From Clostridia bacterium (GTDB lineage Bacteria > Bacillota > Clostridia > Oscillospirales > CAG-272): 43,892 nt of DNA. The notes below the pieces were generated by a model. It made no database searches, was not told the DNA's origin, and saw nothing but the letters and a program-made list of their open reading frames with translations. A program made the position numbers and the translations under genes. This document shows positions 24,480-35,047 of the stretch, piece by piece. The stretch spans positions 1-43,892 of the forward strand of contig JAFXJW010000054.1 of NCBI GenBank assembly GCA_017532045.1, read 5' to 3'. Every line of letters starts with the position of its first letter. Position 1 is the first letter of the stretch.

Positions 24480-24932
24480 CTACTGTATGATGCCCATGAG
24501 GTCTCCCAGCCCCAGCCCGTCGCTGACCACCATAGCCACGGTGATCCGATCCAGCCGCTCGGTGAGCTGCCGATTCAGTTCCTCGAAAACGTGGTGCAGG
24601 CGGCAACAGTCCTTGTTGGGATTGTTGAGACACACGTGGGTTTCCGACAGACACCGATTGATCTCAATGGGCCCGTCGATGGCCTCAATGACCCGCCTGA
24701 CCGTCAGGGTCGCAGGGTCAACGTTCAGGCTGTAGCCGCCTGTTGCCCCTCGGCTGGTCTTGACCAGATCAACCTCCGAAAGCTTATGCAGGATCTTCAG
24801 CCCGAATCGGGTGGGGACGGCCACCCCCTCGGCCAACGTAGCCGCACCGACGATTGTATTGCCGGCGGCTGACTCCTTGGCCAAAAGGCACATCATACGG
24901 AGGGCGTAATCCGCTTCCTGTGTGATCTTCAT
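24480..24932 (-). CDS. Rrf2-family transcriptional regulator
   Basis: MKITQEADYALRMMCLLAK... with wHTH GATGGYSL and Cys residues C-x6-C-x6-C-like (CLSETHVCLNNPNKDCC). Start at ATG 24932 behind AAGGAAAGG. Confidence 0.85.
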   Translation of the reverse strand: MKITQEADYALRMMCLLAKESAAGNTIVGAATLAEGVAVPTRFGLKILHKLSEVDLVKTSRGATGGYSLNVDPATLTVRRVIEAIDGPIEINRCLSETHVCLNNPNKDCCRLHHVFEELNRQLTERLDRITVAMVVSDGLGLGDLMGIIQ

Positions 24933-25103
24933 GGTCGGCCTTTCCTTGTGCTTTTTAATTGTCACCGTTTTGGTGTGATTTGATTATACACCATGTCAAG
25001 ACATTTGTCAATAGGTTTTTGAAAAAAATTTGAAAAAATTTTGTCATTTTTTCAGCCACAGATCCCGCTTCCCTTTTCGACCGTGCAAATTCGGGGAAAT
25101 GTG

Positions 25104-25132
25104 TTGACTACCAATTGATTGTATGGTATAAT
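25104..25132 (+). promoter_or_regulatory. Sigma-A type promoter (extended -10) for the ABC transporter operon
   Basis: TTGACT, 17 nt ending in TGG, then TATAAT. Confidence 0.7.
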
Positions 25133-25176
25133 GCAAGCAGTGATTCCCCATACCCCCATAATATAAGGAGAACAAA

Positions 25177-25953
25177 ATGGAACCCATGTTAGTAGCAACG
25201 GGTCTTCGCAAGACCTTCACCCTGTCCCGAAAGCAACAACAGATCGAAAAGTCCAACCAAAAGGTCAAGGTGGCCGTGGACAATCTGTCCTTTGTTGCCA
25301 ACAAGGGAGAAATATACGGCCTGTTGGGCCCCAACGGCGCAGGTAAGACCACCACTCTGCGCATGCTGGCCACCCTCATTCGTCCCGACGAGGGAGATGC
25401 CCTCTTGGACGGGATCAGCGTGGTAAACAATCCCGATGCCGTCCGCTCCCGCATCGGATTTTTGACGGGCGAGCTGAAGCTGGAGGATTTCTTTACCCCC
25501 AACTATTTGTTTGATTTCTTCTCGGATCTCCATGGAGTTGACCCCGCCGTGGCCGCCGCCCGCAAGACCGAGCTGTTCGAAAAATTCGGCATTGACCGCT
25601 TCGCCGAGGTCAAGGTGGCCAACCTGTCCACGGGCATGAAGCAAAAAGTGTCTCTCGTGATCTCGGTGGTTCACGATCCCGACGTCATCATCTTCGACGA
25701 GCCCACCAACGGCCTGGACGTCCTCACCGCCAAGGTGGTCACGGACTTCCTTCTGGAGCTGCGGGAGCGGGGTAAGACTGTCATCCTCTCCACCCATATC
25801 TTCAGCCTGGTGGAGAAGCTCTGCGACCGCGTGGGGGTCATCATCAACGGCCGCATGGTGGCCTGCGACACCCTGCCCGCCGTCTGCGACGGTATGAGCC
25901 TGGAGGATCGCTTCTTTGAGCTGTACAAGGCCCACGTGGCCGAGGAGGTGTAA
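25177..25953 (+). CDS. ABC transporter ATP-binding protein (NatA-like, ABC-2 type)
   Basis: Walker [10 protein letters not shown], signature LSTGMKQK and Walker [13 protein letters not shown]. Confidence 0.9.
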   Translation: MEPMLVATGLRKTFTLSRKQQQIEKSNQKVKVAVDNLSFVANKGEIYGLLGPNGAGKTTTLRMLATLIRPDEGDALLDGISVVNNPDAVRSRIGFLTGELKLEDFFTPNYLFDFFSDLHGVDPAVAAARKTELFEKFGIDRFAEVKVANLSTGMKQKVSLVISVVHDPDVIIFDEPTNGLDVLTAKVVTDFLLELRERGKTVILSTHIFSLVEKLCDRVGVIINGRMVACDTLPAVCDGMSLEDRFFELYKAHVAEEV

Positions 25954-25954
25954 T

Positions 25955-27151
25955 ATGAAGAACATACTCACCGTCATGAAAAAAGAGTTGCGCCGCTTTC
26001 TGGGGGATCGGCGTATGCTGGCCACCCTCGTCCTTCCCGGCATTCTCATCTACGTCGTCTACTCCCTCATGGGAAGCGCATTCAGCGACGTCATGGGCGG
26101 CACGGAGGATATGGAATACCGTGTACTGACCCACAACCTCTCCCCCACGGTGGCGACGATCACAGAGCAATCGGGCTTGAACATCACCTACGTCGCCTGT
26201 ACCGACTGCGCCGAGGAGCACAGCCCCGAGGCCATCGCCGAGAGCATCAACGAGGGGGGCTACCACGCCTATCTGGTCTTCCCCGAGAACTTCGACGAGA
26301 GCATCGCCACCTACGACCCCGCATTAGGTCTGCCCGCCCCCGAGGTGAAGATCTACTACAACTCCTCCGACGCCGATTCAGCCACGGCCTACTCTACCCT
26401 GCTGGCCCTGTTGGACGCATTGGAGTCCTCCATGACCAACCGCTTCGACGTGAATATGTCCCAAGACGTAACCTTTGACGTCGCCTCTGAGGAGGATGTG
26501 ACGGGGATGCTCTTCTCCATGCTCATGCCCCTGCTTCTCGTCATTCTTATGTTCTCCTCCTGCATGGCCATGACCGCCGAGTCCATTGCGGGCGAGAAGG
26601 AGAGAGGCACCATCGCCACCCTCCTCATCACCCCCATCAAGCGGTCTGAGCTGGCTCTGGGTAAGATCGCCGCCCTGTCCGTCATGTCCCTGCTGGGCGG
26701 CCTGTGCAGCTTTACGGGCGTGCTTCTCGCTCTGCCCAAGCTCATGGGCGGCGAGGCCTTGGGAGCCGTGGACGCCTCTGTTTACACCGTCTCCGACTAC
26801 GCCATGATTCTATTCATCATCCTCTCCACCATTCTGGTGTTCGTCTCCCTCATCGCCGTTCTGTCGGCTCTGGCCAACTCGGTCAAGGAGGCCTCCACTC
26901 TGATCTCCCCCCTCATGCTGGTGGTGACCGTCGTGGGTGTCAGCGGTATGTTCACCGGCGGAGCGCAGAGCAACGCCCTGTTCCTCATCCCCGTCTACAA
27001 CAGCGTGCAGTGCATCAGTGGCGTGTTCTCCATGAGCTATGAGCCCCTCCAGATCATTCTGACCGTGGCGGCCAACCTCGCCACCACCGGCCTGTTCGTC
27101 GTCCTTCTGACCCGCCTCTTCAACAACGAGAAGGTCATGTTTAAAAAGTAA
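25955..27151 (+). CDS. ABC-2 family permease (NatB-like)
   Basis: ATG 25955 lies 1 nt after the upstream stop, behind GAGGAGG. The protein has one N-terminal TM segment, a large extracytoplasmic loop and a C-terminal polytopic region. Confidence 0.8.
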   Translation: MKNILTVMKKELRRFLGDRRMLATLVLPGILIYVVYSLMGSAFSDVMGGTEDMEYRVLTHNLSPTVATITEQSGLNITYVACTDCAEEHSPEAIAESINEGGYHAYLVFPENFDESIATYDPALGLPAPEVKIYYNSSDADSATAYSTLLALLDALESSMTNRFDVNMSQDVTFDVASEEDVTGMLFSMLMPLLLVILMFSSCMAMTAESIAGEKERGTIATLLITPIKRSELALGKIAALSVMSLLGGLCSFTGVLLALPKLMGGEALGAVDASVYTVSDYAMILFIILSTILVFVSLIAVLSALANSVKEASTLISPLMLVVTVVGVSGMFTGGAQSNALFLIPVYNSVQCISGVFSMSYEPLQIILTVAANLATTGLFVVLLTRLFNNEKVMFKK

Positions 27152-27156
27152 CTTAA

Positions 27157-27356
27157 GGGGGCTTTGCCCCCACGCCCCCACCAAAGAACTTTTTGGCAAA
27201 CATCCTCGCTTCGCTCGGGGCAAATTTGCCTACGGCAAAGTTTGCGAAGTTCTTTGGAATCTCAAAAACCTTTAATAAATGTTTTAAAAGTTTTGGGAAG
27301 TCCAGAAACCCTTTCTCAAAAGGGTTTCTGGTGGGGTGCAGGGGTAAAACCCCTGC
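27157..27356. repeat. Family A repeats, copies 11 (forward, expanded) and 12 (inverted), convergent pair
   Basis: Copy 11: GGGGGCtttGCCCCC ... CCAAAGAACTT...AAGTTCTTTGG, AATCTCAAAAACCTTTAATAAA. Copy 12: TTTAAAAGTTTTGGGAAGT, CCAGAAACCCTTTCTCAAAAGGGTTTCTGG, TGGGG, TGCAGGGGtaaaaCCCCTGC. Confidence 0.75.
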
Positions 27357-27387
27357 CCAATAAACCCAAGCCCAAAGGAGGAAAGCC

Positions 27388-28662
27388 ATGAAGCTCAACA
27401 AGGCAAAAGCTAAGGACATCGCCTGGCACAGCGGAAAGGCTCTGCTCTGCGGTCTGCAGCTTCTGGCGCTCTGCTTTATATCCTCCAGATCCATCGGACA
27501 GTTCATAGACTTTCTGAAAAACGACCTCATCATCCGCAAGGGATCGGCAGCGGAAGCGCTTCTGTTCTTCCTCCTCCCCATAACGGCAGTGATCCTGTTC
27601 GCCGCCTTCTGGCGGTACTACGATCACATTGACGATCGGAGCTTCAATCGCTTCCGCAAGGCCTACAAAAACGACGAGCAAGTCCCCAATCTCCTCCGAG
27701 AGCCCGCCTATCGGGCGGGGCTGATCGCCACGGTGCTGTGCGCCGCCCCCGTGATCACCCTATCCCTACTTCTCGCCCTCCGCGCCACGGGCATGGGACT
27801 ATTTCTGTGCTTTATCGTGAGCATCCCCGTCTCCATTTCCCTCACTGTCGGTCTTTCCCTGCTCCGCATCCGCCACCGCTCTGCCCTGTGGTTCGCCCAG
27901 CGAAACCTCCCTGTGGACACCGATAAGGCTCGCATCGTCCCCCGCATCCTCTACGCCATCGTGTTGTTTGCCTCGGTCGCTGCCATGATCTTCTTGGGGT
28001 TCACCATCCTGATCCCCTTCTTCGGCTCTCTGATCCTCGGCATCATCCGCCTGCTCTGGAAGCCCATCCTCATCCTGGGCGGCATCCTGCTTTTGTGGCT
28101 CTTTCTCTACCACGCCCTCCGCCGCATGGGAGCTCGCCGTAAATTCCTGAAGCGGCTGACCAATATGCGGGATCGGGGCGAGCTTTCCTACGAGATCCAC
28201 GGCTCGCCCTACCTGTCAGCCTTTTGGGAGCGAATCCCCTTCGGCCTCACGATCACCGACGCCCCCCACCCCGACGGCAAACGCAAAGGGGACATTACCT
28301 ATCAGGTGGCCTTCGCCAACTGCAGATTCCGCCGAGGCATGGTGATCCTCTGCGACAACAACGTCTTCCGCTTCGTCCATTCCATCAATTTCCGTACCAT
28401 TGCCCAGCAGAACTGGGGCAGACTGTCCGTGGCCTCCTCCAGCATCGTTTCCATGCCCGTTGCCTCCTTCTACTCCAACCACTCCTTCGATTTCCCCGAG
28501 GGAGAGGGCAAGCGCATCCTGCTGGTCGACCCCGCCCCCCGTGTCCTGTGTATGCACGGCTTCCGTGAGGGGGAGCTGATCGTCCTGGACAACGCCTCCG
28601 AGGTCTTCGGCTACACAGTGTACGGAAAGAACTCCTTCCTGAATTTACTGGAACGCACCTGA
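27388..28662 (+). CDS. Hypothetical polytopic membrane protein with about 160-aa soluble C-terminal domain
   Basis: 424 aa with strong RBS AAAGGAGGAAAG. Several hydrophobic segments. No family motif recognised by eye. Confidence 0.6.
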   Translation: MKLNKAKAKDIAWHSGKALLCGLQLLALCFISSRSIGQFIDFLKNDLIIRKGSAAEALLFFLLPITAVILFAAFWRYYDHIDDRSFNRFRKAYKNDEQVPNLLREPAYRAGLIATVLCAAPVITLSLLLALRATGMGLFLCFIVSIPVSISLTVGLSLLRIRHRSALWFAQRNLPVDTDKARIVPRILYAIVLFASVAAMIFLGFTILIPFFGSLILGIIRLLWKPILILGGILLLWLFLYHALRRMGARRKFLKRLTNMRDRGELSYEIHGSPYLSAFWERIPFGLTITDAPHPDGKRKGDITYQVAFANCRFRRGMVILCDNNVFRFVHSINFRTIAQQNWGRLSVASSSIVSMPVASFYSNHSFDFPEGEGKRILLVDPAPRVLCMHGFREGELIVLDNASEVFGYTVYGKNSFLNLLERT

Positions 28663-28729
28663 TATTCCCCCCAAAAACAGGGAAAACTCCTGTATCATAC
28701 CTCATTTCTCTTGAAAGGAACCCCCCACC

Positions 28730-29449
28730 ATGCTCAAAACCGTTCTCTTTGATCTGGACGGAACCCTGCTCCCCATGGATCAATCCGTCTTCATGAAGGA
28801 CTATTTCGGTCGTCTTCTTCGACGCCTCATCCCGCTGGGCTACACCCCCGAGGTGTTCCACGCCGCCATGAAGGCAGGGATCGCCGCCATGGTGCAAAAT
28901 GACGGCAGCCGCACGGGAGATGAGGCCTACTGGGCGGCCTACGCCGCCGCCTGCGGTAGGGATCTCCGGGAGGAGCTGCCTATTCAGAAGGACTTCTACG
29001 AGGGGGAATTCAACGAGGTCTCTGCCTCCTGCGGATACAATCCCAAGGCAGCCGAAACGGTACGGGCGCTCAAGGAGAGGGGGCTCCGCGTCATTTTGGC
29101 CACCAATCCCCTGTTCCCCCGCATCGCCACCGAGATGCGCATCCGCTGGGCGGGTCTGACCTCCGAGGATTTCGAGTTCTTCACCGCCTTTGAGGACATC
29201 GGCTACTGCAAGCCCAATCCCGCCTACTACAAGGAAGTTCTCCGCCGTGCGGGACTGGATGCCGCCGATTGCCTCATGGTGGGCAACGACGTGGCCGAGG
29301 ACATGATGGCGGGGGCGGCCGCGGGCCTGCGGGGCTTCCTCCTGACGGATTGCCTCATCAACACCCCCGGGGCTGACATTGAGCAGTACCCCCACGGGTC
29401 CTTTGAGGAGCTGAACGCCTATATTGATCACCTTCTTGAAGAAAATTGA
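28730..29449 (+). CDS. HAD-superfamily hydrolase
   Basis: Motif I VLFDLDGTLL. Motif IV VGNDVAEDM. Confidence 0.85.
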   Translation: MLKTVLFDLDGTLLPMDQSVFMKDYFGRLLRRLIPLGYTPEVFHAAMKAGIAAMVQNDGSRTGDEAYWAAYAAACGRDLREELPIQKDFYEGEFNEVSASCGYNPKAAETVRALKERGLRVILATNPLFPRIATEMRIRWAGLTSEDFEFFTAFEDIGYCKPNPAYYKEVLRRAGLDAADCLMVGNDVAEDMMAGAAAGLRGFLLTDCLINTPGADIEQYPHGSFEELNAYIDHLLEEN

Positions 29450-29463
29450 TCTCCAACAAACAA

Positions 29464-29504
29464 CCGCCCGTCACGGACATCCGTGACGGGCGGCTTATAT
29501 TTTT
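29464..29504. terminator. Bidirectional rho-independent terminator
   Basis: CCGCCCGTCACGG acat CCGTGACGGGCGG, a 13-bp stem with T-rich flanks on both strands, between convergent genes. Confidence 0.88.
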
Positions 29505-29515
29505 ACGGTTCAGAA

Positions 29516-31360
<1,845 letters not shown>

Positions 31361-31379
31361 ATTTCTACTTCCCTTCCTT

Positions 31380-31445
31380 GGGGCGCCGCCCCAAACCCCG
31401 CTCAAGCCCTTTTACAAAAGGAGCTTGAGGATCCCCAAAATTCTA
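31380..31445. repeat. Family A repeat, copy 13 (forward)
   Basis: GGGGCGccGCCCC, AAACCCCG, CTCAAGCCCTTTTacAAAAGGAGCTTGAG, GATCCCCAAAATTC. Confidence 0.75.
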
Positions 31446-31645
31446 CCGGGGCGTGATTCGGAGCAAGTGACAAAAGCGCACAATATTTCATTATCCGTAC
31501 TTATTATATCATATCAAGGGGGATTTGAAAAGATTGAAAAAAACGATATTCCATCCATGTGGAACCGGGTTTTTGTGGGATTTGACAGAATTGGGGGGAA
31601 CGGGGAATTTTTTGGGGTAACGCGCCCGAGGGCAGGCCCTTTGCC

Positions 31646-32347
31646 TTACCGCTTCTCCACGATCTGCCCCCCTCCCCCGCTTTTAAAGATCCCATGGGAG
31701 GGCACCGCCCCCCGCACCGAGGACAGGGGATAAATATTTGTGTGCGCCCCGATGACCGTCCCGGGATTGAGGACGCTGTTGCACCCCACCTCCACGAAAT
31801 CTCCCAGCATAGCCCCCAGCTTTTTCCGCCCCGTGGGGATGGGGGCAAACTCCCCCTCACACCCCTCGGCCGGTCTGACGGTGACGGGGGTTTTGTCGCT
31901 CTTGACGTTGGAGGTGATGACCCCCGCCCCCAGGTGGGACTTGTAACCGAGGACAGAATCCCCCACGTAGTTATAATGGGGCGCCTGCACCCCGTCGAAG
32001 AGGATGCAATTCTTCAGCTCGGTGGAGTTCCCCACCACGCACCCCTCCCCCACCAGCGCCGCCCCTCGAATGAACGCCCCCTGCCGCACCTCGGTGTTCT
32101 CCCCGATGATGACGGGGGCTCCGATATAGGCCGTGGGGGCAATCGAAGCGGTCTTGGCGATCCAGACACCCTCGGCGGGGTTGTCATAACGGGTGGGGTC
32201 AAGGCCCTCGCCAATCTTCTGAATCATGACAGGAATGTCCCCCAGAATCTCCCACGGATATTCCGTATGCTCCAGCCACGGGCGTGCCAGCGTGTGGGTA
32301 AGATCGAACAGCTCCGCCGTGCGGAGGGGGATATGATGTGTTCTCAT
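31646..32347 (-). CDS. Hexapeptide-repeat (left-handed beta-helix) transferase, GlmU C-terminal-domain-like, stand-alone
   Basis: Start at ATG 32347 (MRTHHIPL) behind AAGGAG. Repeated [LIV]-G-x4 turns are present: IGAPVIIGENTEVRQGAFIRGAALVGEGCVVGNSTELKN... The listed N-terminal extension translates the repeat array. Confidence 0.75.
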   Translation of the reverse strand: MRTHHIPLRTAELFDLTHTLARPWLEHTEYPWEILGDIPVMIQKIGEGLDPTRYDNPAEGVWIAKTASIAPTAYIGAPVIIGENTEVRQGAFIRGAALVGEGCVVGNSTELKNCILFDGVQAPHYNYVGDSVLGYKSHLGAGVITSNVKSDKTPVTVRPAEGCEGEFAPIPTGRKKLGAMLGDFVEVGCNSVLNPGTVIGAHTNIYPLSSVRGAVPSHGIFKSGGGGQIVEKR

Positions 32348-32375
32348 GGCAGTTCTCCTTCTTAAAATTTGGGTT

Positions 32376-32600
32376 TGTCGGGCTGCGCCCGACCTCGCGC
32401 CCGCAGGGCGCATATCGAATTTCGGAGAAATATATCGAGTGCCGCAAGGCACATATCGAGTCCCGCAGGGACATATCGACAACTTTTTTCGTCGATATAC
32501 ACCCTTCGGGTGTTCGATATACCGCCGGTGCGGTTCGATATGCCGCTTGCGCGCCTCGATATGCCCCCTGCGGGGGCGAGGGGCTTTCAGCCCGACCAGC
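32376..32600. repeat. Heptamer-hairpin array 2 (4+4 dyad, about 21-nt phasing)
   Basis: ATATCGA occurs at 32412, 32432, 32453 and 32473. TCGATAT occurs at 32492, 32514, 32535 and 32556. The spacers are different GC hairpins (GTGCCgcaaGGCAC, GTCCCgcaGGGAC, ACACCCttcgGGTGT, ACCGCcggtGCGGT, GCCCCctgcGGGGC...). The centre is ATATCGAC-N10-GTCGATAT. Confidence 0.9.
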
Positions 32601-32609
32601 TCCAATTTC

Positions 32610-33986
32610 TCATACAAGCCCTTCCCTTTTGATCAGGTCTACCATCTCGGCTACGAGGGCTTCGCAGGTGGTCTCGTTGGCAGCCTCCACCATGACCCGC
32701 ACCACAGGCTCAGTGCCGCTGCTACGGAGGAGCATACGGCCATTGCCTCCCAAGCGGGCATTACACTCGGCCAGCTTTTCCTTGACGGCAGGATGTCCCA
32801 GAACGGCGTTCTTGTCGGGGACGGGGATGTTCCTTGTGACCTGGGGATACATGATTACAGGCTCGGCCAGCTTGGACAGGGGGAGCTTGCTCTCCACCAT
32901 TCGCTCCATGACCATAATAGCCGTCAGAAGCCCGTCCCCCGTGGTGGCGTACTTGCGGAGGATGATGTGTCCCGACTGCTCCCCGCCGATACCAAAGCCC
33001 TGCTCCTGCATGGCCTCGTACACGAAGCGATCCCCCACGGTGGTTTGGATATAGCTCATCCCCGCCGCCTCCAGGGCACGGTACAGCCCCATGTTGGACA
33101 TAATGGTAGTGACCACCGTGTTCCCCGCCAGCGCCCCCTGCTCCTTCATGGCCTTGCCCAGAATATAGAGAACGTGATCGCCGTTTACCTCGTTGCCCTT
33201 TTCATCCACGGCGATGCAACGGTCGGCGTCTCCGTCAAAGGCAAATCCCACGTCCAGACGGTTCTCCAGCACCAGCCGCTTCAGCCGCTCGATGTGGGTA
33301 GAACCGCAATCCACGTTGATGTTGAGGCCGTCGGGAGTGTCTCCCGTGACCACCGTCTTAGCCCCCAACGCCTCAAAAATGACCCGCCCCATCATCCAAG
33401 CCGCCCCGTTGGCGCAGTCCAGCCCCACCCGAAGCCCCTTATAGGAATGGGTGGCCAGAGAGATCAGATGCCCCACGTAGCGGTTGCGCCCTGCGGCGTA
33501 GTCAATGATGCGCCCCACGTCTCCCCCTGTGGCCAAGGGGGGCTCACCCATCTCCCCGTCCAGATAAGCCTCCATAACGGCAATGGCGTCGTCTCCCACC
33601 TTCTCCCCCCGAGGGTTGACCAGCTTGATACCGTTGTCGGTGAAGGGGTTGTGGGAGGCGGAGATCATGATCCCGCAGTCAAAATCTTCCCGCTCGGTGA
33701 TAAAGGACACGCTCGGGGTGGTGGTGACGTGGAGCATGTAGACGTCCGCTCCCGAGGCCGCCAGCCCCGCCGCCAAGGCGTACTCAAACATATAGCTGGA
33801 ACGCCTCGTGTCCTTCCCTACCAGAACACGGGGGCGATGACGGGTAACAGCCGCCTCGGCGGGACGGCTCAGATCATGCTCCCCGCAGTACCACCCCAAA
33901 AAACGCCCCAGACGAAATGCGTGATCCGCCGTGAGGGTGACGTTGGCCTCCCCCCGAAAGCCGTCGGTTCCAAAATATTTTCCCAT
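32610..33986 (-). CDS. glmM: Phosphoglucosamine mutase
   Basis: MGKYFGTDGFRGEAN, phosphoserine loop ISASHNPFTDNGIK, FDGDADRC and GGEQSGH. Confidence 0.93.
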   Translation of the reverse strand: MGKYFGTDGFRGEANVTLTADHAFRLGRFLGWYCGEHDLSRPAEAAVTRHRPRVLVGKDTRRSSYMFEYALAAGLAASGADVYMLHVTTTPSVSFITEREDFDCGIMISASHNPFTDNGIKLVNPRGEKVGDDAIAVMEAYLDGEMGEPPLATGGDVGRIIDYAAGRNRYVGHLISLATHSYKGLRVGLDCANGAAWMMGRVIFEALGAKTVVTGDTPDGLNINVDCGSTHIERLKRLVLENRLDVGFAFDGDADRCIAVDEKGNEVNGDHVLYILGKAMKEQGALAGNTVVTTIMSNMGLYRALEAAGMSYIQTTVGDRFVYEAMQEQGFGIGGEQSGHIILRKYATTGDGLLTAIMVMERMVESKLPLSKLAEPVIMYPQVTRNIPVPDKNAVLGHPAVKEKLAECNARLGGNGRMLLRSSGTEPVVRVMVEAANETTCEALVAEMVDLIKREGLV

Positions 33987-34091
33987 AGTCTATTTCCTTT
34001 CTCGATGGATTACTTACAGTATATCCCTCTCGGGGGAGTTGCATATACCCTTTTTGTAAAATTTTGAACCAATCGCACCCGCCGCCGGACA

Positions 34092-34127
34092 CAAAAAATC
34101 CCCGACAGATTTTTGGGATCTGTCGGG
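34092..34127 (-). terminator. Rho-independent terminator after the small AT-rich gene
   Basis: Minus strand: CCCGACAGAT cccaaaa ATCTGTCGGG followed by GATTTTTTG. Confidence 0.75.
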
Positions 34128-34136
34128 ATGCATATA

Positions 34137-34439
34137 TTATGGGTTATGAGTTTTTTTGTGAATAATCCATTGGCTATTTTGGAATTCGGCATATTCGCCG
34201 CATTTCAAACCAGACAATTCGATTACGTTGTTTTGAAGGCGTATAATTTCTGACAAAGCAACAATTCTTGCTTCTTCCGGGTCATGCTTTTTACCGCATA
34301 AAAACTGCCTCTCACCGTCTTCATCATGGGAAACGTATAGGATCGGGTTATATTCATCCAGTATATGGCAACATGTAAAGCATCGTGTGTTAGGAGAGTC
34401 TTTAAATTTATGCTGTTGATTGAACAACTTGAATTTCAT
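34137..34439 (-). CDS. Small protein, DUF2185/immunity-protein-like (tentative)
   Basis: 100 aa from ATG 34439 behind AAAGGAG. The motif ILYVSHDEDGERQFLCGKKHD resembles the conserved core of DUF2185-type proteins, from memory only. Low-GC codon usage. Confidence 0.5.
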   Translation of the reverse strand: MKFKLFNQQHKFKDSPNTRCFTCCHILDEYNPILYVSHDEDGERQFLCGKKHDPEEARIVALSEIIRLQNNVIELSGLKCGEYAEFQNSQWIIHKKTHNP

Positions 34440-34510
34440 AATAATTTCTCCTTTCATTTGATCGCCAGCTTCGTCTTTGTATTGCAAAGGATTCGGGCAA
34501 ACCCATACCC

Positions 34511-35047
34511 TTATTCTTCTGCATATAGTTCGTCGTAGCACCAACGTATCGGATTTTCATAAATGTATTTCACGTGTTCTTCATAGTCATCACGGTTGCG
34601 GATAATATGATCATCAAAGCGAGCTTGCCAAATGTTTTCGCCATATTCCTTGTTGCAAAAACGCTTAAATGTCGATACGAATTGAGAACACGCACTATTG
34701 GCTCTCTCAATATTTGTAGGGACAGGCGTCCTCGACTGTCCGTTATCGGTCGTATTTTTGTTTTCTTTGACCCAAAGCAACAAATGAATATGGTTTGGCA
34801 TGATCACATATTTTTCAACCGATAAATGACGGTAGAACTCGTTTAATTGTTTGATGTATTTATCCGCGATTTTTCCGTATTCTGTTAATTCGGTTTACGG
34901 ACAGTCGAGGACGCCTGTCCCTACGATGCGAGAGAAGATGCATCGTCTGTTTTGTGTGCAGATCGTTAAAAAATAAACACCGACACTATTATAATTAAAG
35001 CTCTGATACCTTGGTGTTTTTCTCTTTTTCAATTCATCCATATTCAT
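34511..35047 (-). pseudogene. RAYT / IS200-like HUH (Y1) transposase interrupted by one in-frame TAA
   Basis: Listed ORFs 34895-35086 and 34511-34807 are in the same frame. Hand translation across the gap reads ...VGTGVLDCP*TELTEYGKIADKYIKQLNEFYRHLSVEKYVIMPNHIHLLL.... The HUH motif is NHIHLL and the C-terminal Tyr region is DHIIRNRDDYEEHVKYIYENP. Confidence 0.8.
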
